From Bdellovibrionota bacterium (GTDB lineage Bacteria; Bdellovibrionota_C; UBA2361; JAAYZI01): 64,000 nt of DNA. Location: NCBI GenBank assembly GCA_050950765.1, contig JBMNIF010000002.1, positions 288,001 to 352,000 of the forward strand. Direction: 5' to 3'. This document shows positions 49,521 through 59,087 of this stretch, one piece after another (positions within the stretch are counted from its first letter, which is position 1; the number at the start of each line of letters is the position of its first letter). The position numbers and the translations under genes were made by a program. Below the pieces are notes generated by a model. The model searched no databases. It was given only the letters and a program-made list of their open reading frames with translations, and had not been told where the DNA came from.

Positions 49521-51443
49521 ATGGGAATTATCAAAATTGCTAGTGCTGCCTTAAACCAAACAGCTTTAGACTGGGACTCAAATATCCAAAATATCAGATC
49601 TGCTATCCATGCTGCTCAGGAAAAAGAAGTTTCATTACTCTGCCTACCCGAACTGTGCATCAGCGGGTACTCTTGTGAAGACGCTTTCTTTAAGCCGTAT
49701 ATCATAAATGAGGCATTGGCAGAGCTTAGTAAGATTGTAGAAGAAACAACCGATCTTATCGTCTCGCTAGGTCTACCGCTAGCTTTTGAAGAACGTGTTT
49801 TTAATGCCGTTTGCTTATTGTGCAATAAAAAAATTTTGGGATTCGTTATAAAGCAGAACTTGCTAGATGTAGGGTATTACCAAGAATCACGTTGGTTTAG
49901 TTCTTGGCAAAAAGGGCTTATTAAAAAGATAACTATTGCAGGGCAAGAATATCCCATCGGTGATATCTCTTTTAATTGTAATGGCATAAGCATCTCCGTT
50001 AAGTTTAATCAAAGCACCCTTCAGAAAACAGAACAAACTCACCCCTCTGCAATCGTCTTATGTCCTGCTGCTGATTACTTCGTATTTGATAAAACAGAAG
50101 AGAGGAGAGAAGCTCTTTGCGTTGCATCAAAAATATTTAACAACACATACCTGTATGCCAATCTACTTGGTAACGAGAGTGGTGCAACTATTTTTGATGG
50201 TATGACTCTTATTGCATCAAACGGAGATATCAAAGCCTACGGCCCTCGTTTTTCATACGGTGATTTTCTCTTAACAAGTTGCAACATAGATATCCCTCAC
50301 CTCCATAAGACAACAAAAGATGCCGTTACCGTACCGTTCTCTTTTCCACAAGCAGCAGCACTACCTACACAATTAAAGGTACAATCTTGGGAGAACGGAC
50401 ACTATCTTAAAGAAGAGGAGTTCTGGCGCGTAGTAGCACTCGGAGTCTTTGATTATCTCCGAAAATCCCACTGTAAAGGAGTTGTGCTCTCACTAAGCGG
50501 CGGAGTTGATTCAGCGACCTGCGCCTGTTTGGTAGCACTTATGATAAAGTTGGGACTTTCTGATATTGGGAGAGACCAACTATTAAAAAAATTAAACCTC
50601 GTCTCTTCTTTTGGCAAAGACGATCCTCTTTCAGAGAAAGATATCGTACATAAACTATTTACCTGCATCTATCAGCACACTCGTAACAATTCAGATACAA
50701 CTTTTAATGCTGCTAAGAAGCTTGCCGCAACTTTAGGAGCAAAATTTATTGCATTGGATATAGATGATCTTGTTAGCAGCTACCTTACTGCTGCAGAAAA
50801 AGAGCTGGATAGAAAACTAACTTGGGAGCAAGATGACCATGCTCTACAAAACATCCAAGCTCGCGTACGCGCTCCTAACGCTTGGCTTTTTGCTAACTTG
50901 GCTAATGCCCTACTTCTTGTCACTAGCAACCGCTCTGAATTGGTAGTGGGCTACACCACTATGGATGGGGATACAGCTGGTGCCTTAGCCCCACTAGGTG
51001 GAGTCAGCAAACCGTTTTTACGGGATGCTCTTATCTGGTTGGAAACAGTCGGACTAAATCAAGAATTAAAGATACCTGAGCTACACGATATTAATATACA
51101 GAAGCCGACAGCAGAGCTTCGTCCCACTTCATCTAAACAAACGGATGAAGATGATCTGATGCCTTATACCATCCTAAGCGAGATAGAGGTGCTCGCTACA
51201 ACAAAACTTCTTAGCCCAAAAGAGATCTTAGTTACACTACAAAAAGCACATCCTGAACTTGAGACAACTACTATAACCAATTGGATTAAAAGATTCTTTC
51301 AACTTTGGAGCCGCAATCAGTGGAAACGAAAACGCGCAGCTCTCTCCTTCCACTTAGATGAAGCAGTCCCTAATCAAAGAGATTGTTGCAGATTTCCGGC
51401 TATTTCCGGCAACTTTGAGAAGGAGTTGGCAGAGTTGGATTGA
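49521..51443 (+). CDS. nadE: NAD+ synthetase with N-terminal nitrilase/glutaminase-like domain
   Basis: PELCISGY; SLSGGVDS, QNIQARVR, TSNRSE..VGYTTMDGD, PTAEL, QTDEDDL, QWKR. Confidence 0.93.
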   Translation: MGIIKIASAALNQTALDWDSNIQNIRSAIHAAQEKEVSLLCLPELCISGYSCEDAFFKPYIINEALAELSKIVEETTDLIVSLGLPLAFEERVFNAVCLLCNKKILGFVIKQNLLDVGYYQESRWFSSWQKGLIKKITIAGQEYPIGDISFNCNGISISVKFNQSTLQKTEQTHPSAIVLCPAADYFVFDKTEERREALCVASKIFNNTYLYANLLGNESGATIFDGMTLIASNGDIKAYGPRFSYGDFLLTSCNIDIPHLHKTTKDAVTVPFSFPQAAALPTQLKVQSWENGHYLKEEEFWRVVALGVFDYLRKSHCKGVVLSLSGGVDSATCACLVALMIKLGLSDIGRDQLLKKLNLVSSFGKDDPLSEKDIVHKLFTCIYQHTRNNSDTTFNAAKKLAATLGAKFIALDIDDLVSSYLTAAEKELDRKLTWEQDDHALQNIQARVRAPNAWLFANLANALLLVTSNRSELVVGYTTMDGDTAGALAPLGGVSKPFLRDALIWLETVGLNQELKIPELHDINIQKPTAELRPTSSKQTDEDDLMPYTILSEIEVLATTKLLSPKEILVTLQKAHPELETTTITNWIKRFFQLWSRNQWKRKRAALSFHLDEAVPNQRDCCRFPAISGNFEKELAELD

Positions 51444-51633
51444 TATTTCACCCCTTCTTTTCTCGGTTTTCTTAATGGGTAGTACCACTTTTCCTTCCCA
51501 CAATGAAAAGAGATTTAGGTCTATCTCGCTAAATTGTAACAAGGTATTAGGCGTTAGTTGCTAGATTTTACTTATTTTTTATCTAACAAATTTACTAAAC
51601 CTATTTTTCCTGCTATAACATCCTAACTTTGTT

Positions 51634-51709
51634 GGCCCGATAGCCAAGTGGCTAAGGCAACGGTTTGCAAAACCGTCATTCGTGAGTTCGAATCTCTCTC
51701 GGGCCTCCA
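51634..51709 (+). tRNA. tRNA-Cys (GCA)
   Basis: Acceptor GGCCCGA/TCGGGCC, anticodon arm ACGGT-TTGCAAA-ACCGT, GTTCGAATC, discriminator T plus CCA. Confidence 0.95.
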
Positions 51710-51714
51710 TTGAT

Positions 51715-53667
51715 TTATCTATACTGTCTCAGCAGTGCCTTCGTTCTTCTCTGAACGTTTTTCCAAGCAGCTACATTCTTCCGCCTAATTCCTCTTCTAA
51801 CGGAACGTTTCAGAACGAAAACTTCCTCAATAAGGATATACTGTTCCTCCAAGAGCGCTATCTCTCTGTTTATCTTTCTTCCGATATTAGCCAGTCTCCT
51901 GTTATTCCCTGATTTTACAAGTCTCGTAGCTCTTCTCGCAAGCTTATTGATCTTCTGCAAAATCGCAGTAACGTAATCATTAACAGCAGTGAGTTGTATA
52001 ACGTACCCTCCGACCTCATCGTTTAGTATAACTCCGACGGCAGCTGCCTCCTGACAATTAAAAGTAGTTACACCATTACCGAACCAGCCACTGATCCACC
52101 ACGGTGAAAACTCCGCAGCATCATCTGCAACGATAAACACGAAAGAGCTTTCAATCCCTTTAAGAGTGAAACTTCCATCTTCAGCACTTTCAGCAGAGGA
52201 AAGTCTATTACCGCCACAGATATTATCATAAGCGCTAACGATAACACCCCTTACAGGAAGTCCATTAACATCAATAAGGTGTCCACTTACAGATCCGGAG
52301 AGACCGAGTGTAAAGTTCACCTCTGAAAAGGTTTGAGTGGATTGAATCGGTATGCTCTTCGCATCCTCACAAACTCTTGTGCCAACACCACCATCCCAAT
52401 ACCTCTCAACAAAATACGTACTGTTAGATACCCATCCATCCAATAGTAATGTATCAACAAAAACATCTCCCTCTGGAACTCCTGTCATAACGTAAGATCC
52501 ATCAGCAGCAGTTACAGCGTCTGCCAACCAACCTCCTCCGGCACGACATGTTTTTGAGTAAGCTTCAACGATAACACCAGCCACAGGATTTCCTGCATAA
52601 TCAAGAACTTTACCGGTAATAGCTCCACTTAATCCCAATTCAAAATTAATATCTGTTTGCGTTTCACGAGCAGTAATCATAACAGCTTCACCTTGCAAAC
52701 AATTTGAGGTTCCTCCACTACTTGTCCAAGCACGATCGAGATAATACCTACTAACATCAGACGATCTGGTATTAAGATAAACTTCCATACCCACAGGAAG
52801 CCCACCTTTTATATATGTTCCGTCAGCGGCTGTCTCAGCAAGTGCAACTCGATCTTCTCCACACGGATCTGTACTAAAGATAATATAAGCACCACTTACA
52901 GGAGAACCTGCAGCATCAATAACTTTTCCTGAAATAGCACCACTATTTTGTAAATTAAAATTAATCCCTCCCGTATTTCTCTTTGAACTAATCGAGATCG
53001 CATCAGCAGCTTCACATACCTGCACACCGAAACCGGACTCTATCCAATATTGATTGCCGTAATATAAGGAGACCCCTTCCGTATCAGCAAAAGCAAAGAC
53101 ATCTCCTGTCGGCAATACATCTGAAATAAATTCACCGTTCTCTTCAGTTTCAACAGTTGATAATACCGTGCTATTATCACTACAAGATGTCCTAAAACTA
53201 ATCTTTACACCCTTTACAGGTTTTCTATTAAGACCACGTACTATTCCTGAAACCGTTCCACCCTGCAGAGCAACTACCTTAACACCTGTTTTAGTTGTAT
53301 TTTTCGGGACAAAGATGCTTTCAGCATCTGAACAATAGAAAGATCCTCCTTGTGTGTTTAGATAAGTAACCGCAGCATAAGCGCTCTTAAGCTCTTTCCC
53401 TGTATTTAAAAACACATCTTCAGGAGCCGCCACCCCTTCTTTATCAACTAAACGGAGAGTAAACTCGCCACGAGTATTGGTTATGGTAGTTTCATAATAG
53501 GTTCCGCTACAACCACCATTTGATGCTGTAACAGTTATACCACTTAAAGGTTTTCCTTGTTGGTCTTGAACTGTACCTTTGATAACACTCTCAGCAGCAG
53601 CGGGGGTGCTTAAAAATACAACTGATAATAGTACCGCGATACAAGATATTTTCTGTTTCAACATCAT
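51715..53667 (-). CDS. Secreted protein with five carboxypeptidase-regulatory-like (CnaB/transthyretin-like) repeats and a basic C-terminal tail
   Basis: Signal peptide; five ~108-aa repeats I.G.V.D..G.PV.G..V...C....T..DG.Y...G, each with a Cys pair. Confidence 0.85.
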   Translation of the reverse strand: MMLKQKISCIAVLLSVVFLSTPAAAESVIKGTVQDQQGKPLSGITVTASNGGCSGTYYETTITNTRGEFTLRLVDKEGVAAPEDVFLNTGKELKSAYAAVTYLNTQGGSFYCSDAESIFVPKNTTKTGVKVVALQGGTVSGIVRGLNRKPVKGVKISFRTSCSDNSTVLSTVETEENGEFISDVLPTGDVFAFADTEGVSLYYGNQYWIESGFGVQVCEAADAISISSKRNTGGINFNLQNSGAISGKVIDAAGSPVSGAYIIFSTDPCGEDRVALAETAADGTYIKGGLPVGMEVYLNTRSSDVSRYYLDRAWTSSGGTSNCLQGEAVMITARETQTDINFELGLSGAITGKVLDYAGNPVAGVIVEAYSKTCRAGGGWLADAVTAADGSYVMTGVPEGDVFVDTLLLDGWVSNSTYFVERYWDGGVGTRVCEDAKSIPIQSTQTFSEVNFTLGLSGSVSGHLIDVNGLPVRGVIVSAYDNICGGNRLSSAESAEDGSFTLKGIESSFVFIVADDAAEFSPWWISGWFGNGVTTFNCQEAAAVGVILNDEVGGYVIQLTAVNDYVTAILQKINKLARRATRLVKSGNNRRLANIGRKINREIALLEEQYILIEEVFVLKRSVRRGIRRKNVAAWKNVQRRTKALLRQYR

Positions 53668-53892
53668 AGGAAAGCCCTCTAAAAAGTTTTATCAAGTATG
53701 AAGCTAATTAAATCCTTACTCAAATCTTTTTAAATATCTATTTTTTAATTCTCTCTACTAAGGGTCTAAAAAACGCCCGTCTCCTTAGAGATCCGATATA
53801 AAACGCTAAGTGATTCAGATTACATCCAAATAAAATCAAGAAATTAGCACTTTATCCTTAAAAGCGATCCGATTTTTTATATCATCCTTATT

Positions 53893-56775
53893 TTATTGAC
53901 TTTTTTCTTCCCAACGCCCTGCACCATAAGAGTGGAAGTTATCTTTTACCCATTCTATAAAAGGTTTCTCCGGAAAGTTTTTATTTCCCTGCCCGAGTTG
54001 AAAGATCTTTATAGCCACCGCCTTTACATGTTTGGGAAAGTCCTCCTGCCATAAAAATTCTGAAAAATATCTCCAAGAAAGGTCTTTTGTTGCGATCTCC
54101 GTAGCCACTTCAGCAATAGCACGACCTTTGTACTTTCCAAAATTAAAACATGGACGTAACTCACCTTCAACATTAGCCCATTTAAAATGCCAAGTCGGAC
54201 CTATCTTCATCCCCTCAACAGGAGTGATCTGATAATCCTTAGCCTCAAAGTGCTTAATCTCATTTACAAAACTTTTTGAAATATAGTAGGTATCACTAAA
54301 TTTTTCTTTAACCCTATTAGGAGCAGCTCCGTCATATTTTGAAGCTATCTCATCAAGCTTTTCAATAACAGTTTGATCTAGCTCATCAAAGCTAAGCCAT
54401 TTACTATCAAAAGTGCTTTTAAGCTCTTTCAATTTAGTTGGAGTAATGTAGCTAAATCCTCCCTCTTTTTCTCTACATAACTCACTCCCAGAAGCATTAT
54501 GAAATTTTAATTGATTATCTTTGATAAGCGAACCGTAAAAAAACACTCCTCTATCCCACTTTTCTTTAAAGGCTAACAGATCTGCCAAATCTGCTTCATT
54601 TAGAGAAGGAGAACAAAGTTCCAACTTTTTAGCGTTCGGGAGCCACGTTGCACATAAAAAGAGACGTTTTACTTCATCAGATGTTAGGTAATTGTACTGA
54701 AGCAACTCTTTTGCATTAAAATCAGAGATAGAAATAAATGGAGATGTTATGACCTGTTCCGCATCGCGAATTATTTGTGGCGGAAGATCACTAACGTGTA
54801 TATATTTTGCAGCTTTCGCCTGTAAACGTTCCAATTCATATCTGATCCTTTCTGGATACAAACCAAGCGAAATACTTTTATCTATGAAATCTAATCCGTA
54901 TGGAAGAGCTGAATTAAGGTTCCTTTCCCGTACGCATTCCCAAACATTTTCAAATGCTCTTTTATCAGATCCCGCCAACGTTTCTAAGGGACGATAGCCT
55001 TCACCGAAAGGAAGTGTTATAGGTGTATCTTTGAATTGTAGAGGATCAACATCTTCACGATCAATATTTAAAACTTCTCCTTTAGCAGTTGCCGCCTCTT
55101 CAAGGTAGCGTAAACGTTCCTGCAACCCTTTAGCTTTACGATAAGCCACAATTACGGTCTCAACCATTTTTGTAAAATCAGAGATAGGTGCTGCCTGAAA
55201 CAAACGCTCTTCGACACCAGCTGTCATTTTGTTCAAAAAGATACCGTCCTTAATCGCCTTAAATTCTTCTCTTGTAAATAATGCGTCTTTCTCGCCTCTC
55301 CCCGATTGGCTAATAATTTTAGTGCCAAAGATCGTTTTACTTAAACGCCCTAGCGGAACAGACTCACTTAAAGAATCAGGTCGAGTCTTTCCATCTTCCA
55401 CAAACAACGCTTCAAAAGACTTTAGTGCATACTCAAACTCTTCTCCATACCGATCGTAACACCGTTTATTTAAAGCATAACGGATCTGCATCAACGGGAT
55501 CTTTTCTAAAATATCGGCAAACTCAAAGACTCTCATTTCAGTAGTGCCTGTTCCATAGAGCTCTTGCAACTGCCCCTTAGCAATTTGTATCTTTTCTTGC
55601 CACTTTCTTTTTAGCGGATCATCTTCCGCTAATTTTTTAAATACTGAAATATCACTTTCAATTCCAGCAAATGCAATTCTTTTATCTAAAAAAGAGTGTA
55701 GTCTGGAATATGAAAGAAGTGCTGCACAATAAAACCTCTCCTCTTCTGGAGAAAGGTACACGCATGGATCAGAAAAAGCTGCATAAGCCTCCAAAACTGC
55801 TTCCGGCAACAATTCGCCTGTATCAATTTTGCGTTGAAACCATTTTAACAATCCTCCTCCTAAATCAGCTCTAACGTTAAAGCTTTCAATAGGAGCAGCA
55901 CCATTAAGATAACAAAAGGAATCAAGGTGCGACTTATAGGAAATAATCAAATTCTGCAATTCTTTGTATAAGTTCAATTTAGAAGAAAGTAGCGGGCTTT
56001 TAGTTGCTCTCTCTGATTTCGGATGCGCTTCCACCAGATCTTCAAATGTTAAAGCACCTAAAGCATCCCTTAACGCACTAGAACGACGCTCCCTGACCAC
56101 TTTCTGCTTTTCTTCAGAAAATTTCTCCGTCGCAAAATTTTCAAAAGGTCCAAGGATAGCCTGTCTACGTCCGAACAATCCAACTGAAGTTGCCGGAGAG
56201 TCAGGATCAAAAACCGTATAAAAGATATCTTCCCTTTCATTAGTACGTCCTAAAAGATGTCCACTAACACCACGCACCCCTTCACGATGTGATGTTGATT
56301 CATCGGCTTGATCGGAACAATCTTCTATATTTTTTAGAGATTCCCCTTCTTTTTGAATTTTATTTCTCGTTAAAATTCTAACTTGCGCCCGCTCTGTTGC
56401 AATAAACGGATCATTAGTCCCCATATGTTTGAGAAGATTATCTAAAATATCGATACGTGGCTTGTAATTGAGAAAGATTTTTAACAATTCATCTTCTCGT
56501 CCAGGACTTGTGCGGTGCACACCGTTTAACATATCAATCGTTAAACGCGCATGCTTAGGCCCCTTTGATAGTAGCACCCTTAAATTATTCAATCCTTCTG
56601 AAGATAACTTCTCTAATACAGATGTGTTAAGTCTGGCTTCTTTTGCACTTTTCCTTATATTTTCTGGGATTTTTTTTGTTTTACTAAGATCAGGCGTACT
56701 TCCAGCGCCAAAAAAACCTAAACCTGTATCAGGAGCTCTTAACTCCATCTCTTTCGTCTTACCTAAGAACATCAT
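53893..56775 (-). CDS. Large hypothetical protein with C-terminal FGKYKG (ExoX-C/DUF3820-like) module
   Basis: 960-aa ORF; FNFGKYKGRAIAEV...YFSEFLWQEDFPKHVK near the C-terminus. Confidence 0.75.
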   Translation of the reverse strand: MMFLGKTKEMELRAPDTGLGFFGAGSTPDLSKTKKIPENIRKSAKEARLNTSVLEKLSSEGLNNLRVLLSKGPKHARLTIDMLNGVHRTSPGREDELLKIFLNYKPRIDILDNLLKHMGTNDPFIATERAQVRILTRNKIQKEGESLKNIEDCSDQADESTSHREGVRGVSGHLLGRTNEREDIFYTVFDPDSPATSVGLFGRRQAILGPFENFATEKFSEEKQKVVRERRSSALRDALGALTFEDLVEAHPKSERATKSPLLSSKLNLYKELQNLIISYKSHLDSFCYLNGAAPIESFNVRADLGGGLLKWFQRKIDTGELLPEAVLEAYAAFSDPCVYLSPEEERFYCAALLSYSRLHSFLDKRIAFAGIESDISVFKKLAEDDPLKRKWQEKIQIAKGQLQELYGTGTTEMRVFEFADILEKIPLMQIRYALNKRCYDRYGEEFEYALKSFEALFVEDGKTRPDSLSESVPLGRLSKTIFGTKIISQSGRGEKDALFTREEFKAIKDGIFLNKMTAGVEERLFQAAPISDFTKMVETVIVAYRKAKGLQERLRYLEEAATAKGEVLNIDREDVDPLQFKDTPITLPFGEGYRPLETLAGSDKRAFENVWECVRERNLNSALPYGLDFIDKSISLGLYPERIRYELERLQAKAAKYIHVSDLPPQIIRDAEQVITSPFISISDFNAKELLQYNYLTSDEVKRLFLCATWLPNAKKLELCSPSLNEADLADLLAFKEKWDRGVFFYGSLIKDNQLKFHNASGSELCREKEGGFSYITPTKLKELKSTFDSKWLSFDELDQTVIEKLDEIASKYDGAAPNRVKEKFSDTYYISKSFVNEIKHFEAKDYQITPVEGMKIGPTWHFKWANVEGELRPCFNFGKYKGRAIAEVATEIATKDLSWRYFSEFLWQEDFPKHVKAVAIKIFQLGQGNKNFPEKPFIEWVKDNFHSYGAGRWEEKSQ

Positions 56776-56938
56776 AAGACCTCTTTATTAATATTGCTTA
56801 AAAAGTTTTAATACAGGTTTTTATGAGAGCACTATTTTTCTACTGATGCCCTCTTTTTAGCGTCACAAGCGTAATCAAATTACACTTTTTAAAAACCATA
56901 CGCAAATAAAGGTGCATCTCAATGAAGTATTTTTTGAG

Positions 56939-58936
56939 CTACCTCATCAATCCGCAAATATGATCGGCGATTTTAGAAGGAGTAAAGCCGAAATGATCAG
57001 CTAAGACTTTAGCGGGGGCAGATACTCCAAAAGTATTCACTCCATAACAGTAGCCGCCACAAGCTCTATCCCCGACGAAGTTATTCCAGCCAAAGGTATC
57101 TCCCGCTTCAATCGTAAATTGCAGCGATTCATACGGAATAACTCGGTCTATATAATCACCATCCTGACTCATAAACAGCTCCCGACACGGCATCGAAACG
57201 ACTCGAGCAGGAAGTTTTCTAGTTGCTAAAATCTTTGCAACCTCCACACCTAAAGAAACTTCGGAACCCGTGGCGATTAACACGATATCCTTATTTTCTT
57301 CACCGCATACGATATAACCACCACTTAAGATATCTTCCTCAAGCACCTTTCCTTCCCTTTCAAGGGTAGGGACTTGCTGTCTGGAAAATATTAATGCACT
57401 CGGCTTATCTTTTGTTTGCAAAGCCTTCCAATAACACAACGCTGTCTCTAGCCCATCAGCCGGACGAAAAACTTGCAAGTTCGGAATAATACGTAAGCTA
57501 TTAATCTGCTCTATCGGTTGATGTGTCGGACCATCTTCACCAACATAAAAGCTGTCATGAGAAAAAACAAAGATCGTTTGTAGCTTTGCTAAAGCCGCCA
57601 TTCTGATAGCTGGTCGCATATAATCAACAAAAGCTAAAAACGTTCCTGTAAAAGGGATCCATTGTTGTGTATACGCCAACCCATTAGCGATAGCTCCCAT
57701 GGCATGTTCACGCACACCGTATCTGATATTGCGCCCGAGATAATCAGGTGCTTTTAAATCAACTGAACTCTCTATATATGTTTTGTTAGAAGATTCTAAA
57801 TCCGCAGAGCCTCCAATTAACCACGGCAGATGCGCTGCTATAATTTGAAGTGCTTTACCGGAAATATTTCTGGTCGGAGCAGCTGGCAGTACACTTAACT
57901 CTTTTACCAATTCATCTTTTAACGCCACCGGAACTTCCTGCTGTAATTGAGCACGCCAAGCGGCAGCAGCCTTTGGTTTCGCCTTACACCACTTCTGATA
58001 ATCCTGACACTCTTTTTCGTATTCTTTATACTTATCGGCAAGACGAGCTGCACAAAAATCGTAAACATCTTCAGGAACGAAGAACTCTTTATCGGGATCC
58101 CAGCCTAGACCTTGTTTAAGGAGCTTAACCTCTTCCGCTCCTAAAGGTGCACCGTGACAATCTGCGCTATTAGCTTTGTGTGGACTACCTTTTCCAATAA
58201 TAGTTTTTGCACAGATTAAGGATGGCTTTTTAGTTTGCTTTAGCGCTTTTGCGATAGCTTCTGAGATAGCTTGATAATCATGACCATCTATACTTTGCAC
58301 ATACCAACCTTGCGCTTTAAAACGTGCTGGAACATTCTCTGTAAAGCACACATCCGTTGAACCACCGATCGAGATCTTATTATCGTCATATAAACAGATC
58401 AGGTTATTAAGCTTTAAATGTCCTGCTAAGGAAGCAGCTTCATAACACATCCCCTCCATCACATCGCCATCACCAACCACGCAAAAGATCCTACCCGTTA
58501 AGCACTTTTTCTTATATTGAGCCTCAATCTTTTTTGCAGAGATCGCTAAACCTACACTATTTGCAAAGCCCTGCCCTAGTGGACCCGTACTGGTTTCAAC
58601 GCCGGAGGTAACACCAAACTCAGGATGACCTGGGGTTTTACTCCCTAGTTGTCTAAAAGCTTTAATATCATCTAAAGAGAGATCATAACCGAAGAGATGC
58701 AACAATGAATATAACAACATCGAGCCGTGTCCAGCAGATAAAACAAATCTGTCACGCGCACACCATTGCGGATCTTTGGGATTAAAACGGAGGTAATACG
58801 CCCACAAAACTGCTGCAAAATCAGCTGCTCCCAGTGGCATCCCTGGATGCCCACTTTTTGCCTTCTCGATGGCTTCTGCTGATAAAACACGAATAGTAGC
58901 GGACAACTTAGCAAGAGCAGCGCAGTTCAAAGTCAT
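56939..58936 (-). CDS. tkt: Transketolase
   Basis: KSGHPGMPLG, RDRFVLSAGHGS, GPLGQG, GDGDVMEG, YGVREHAM, GEDGPTHQP. Confidence 0.97.
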   Translation of the reverse strand: MTLNCAALAKLSATIRVLSAEAIEKAKSGHPGMPLGAADFAAVLWAYYLRFNPKDPQWCARDRFVLSAGHGSMLLYSLLHLFGYDLSLDDIKAFRQLGSKTPGHPEFGVTSGVETSTGPLGQGFANSVGLAISAKKIEAQYKKKCLTGRIFCVVGDGDVMEGMCYEAASLAGHLKLNNLICLYDDNKISIGGSTDVCFTENVPARFKAQGWYVQSIDGHDYQAISEAIAKALKQTKKPSLICAKTIIGKGSPHKANSADCHGAPLGAEEVKLLKQGLGWDPDKEFFVPEDVYDFCAARLADKYKEYEKECQDYQKWCKAKPKAAAAWRAQLQQEVPVALKDELVKELSVLPAAPTRNISGKALQIIAAHLPWLIGGSADLESSNKTYIESSVDLKAPDYLGRNIRYGVREHAMGAIANGLAYTQQWIPFTGTFLAFVDYMRPAIRMAALAKLQTIFVFSHDSFYVGEDGPTHQPIEQINSLRIIPNLQVFRPADGLETALCYWKALQTKDKPSALIFSRQQVPTLEREGKVLEEDILSGGYIVCGEENKDIVLIATGSEVSLGVEVAKILATRKLPARVVSMPCRELFMSQDGDYIDRVIPYESLQFTIEAGDTFGWNNFVGDRACGGYCYGVNTFGVSAPAKVLADHFGFTPSKIADHICGLMR

Positions 58937-59087
58937 TTTTCCCCCTTGGATAACACTCTATTACAGCGAGCATATACTATATTATATGCTTCCATATTCC
59001 AACACAAAGACAATATAGATCTTTAAAGGCATACTCAACAAACGGTTAAGAAGCTAAAATTACTACCTTATTTTGCAATAGCCTGAC

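Noticed and set aside
51634..56775. Integrated island at tRNA-Cys (likewise at tRNA-Thr)
   Set aside because: I could not find a duplicated tRNA 3' end or an integrase
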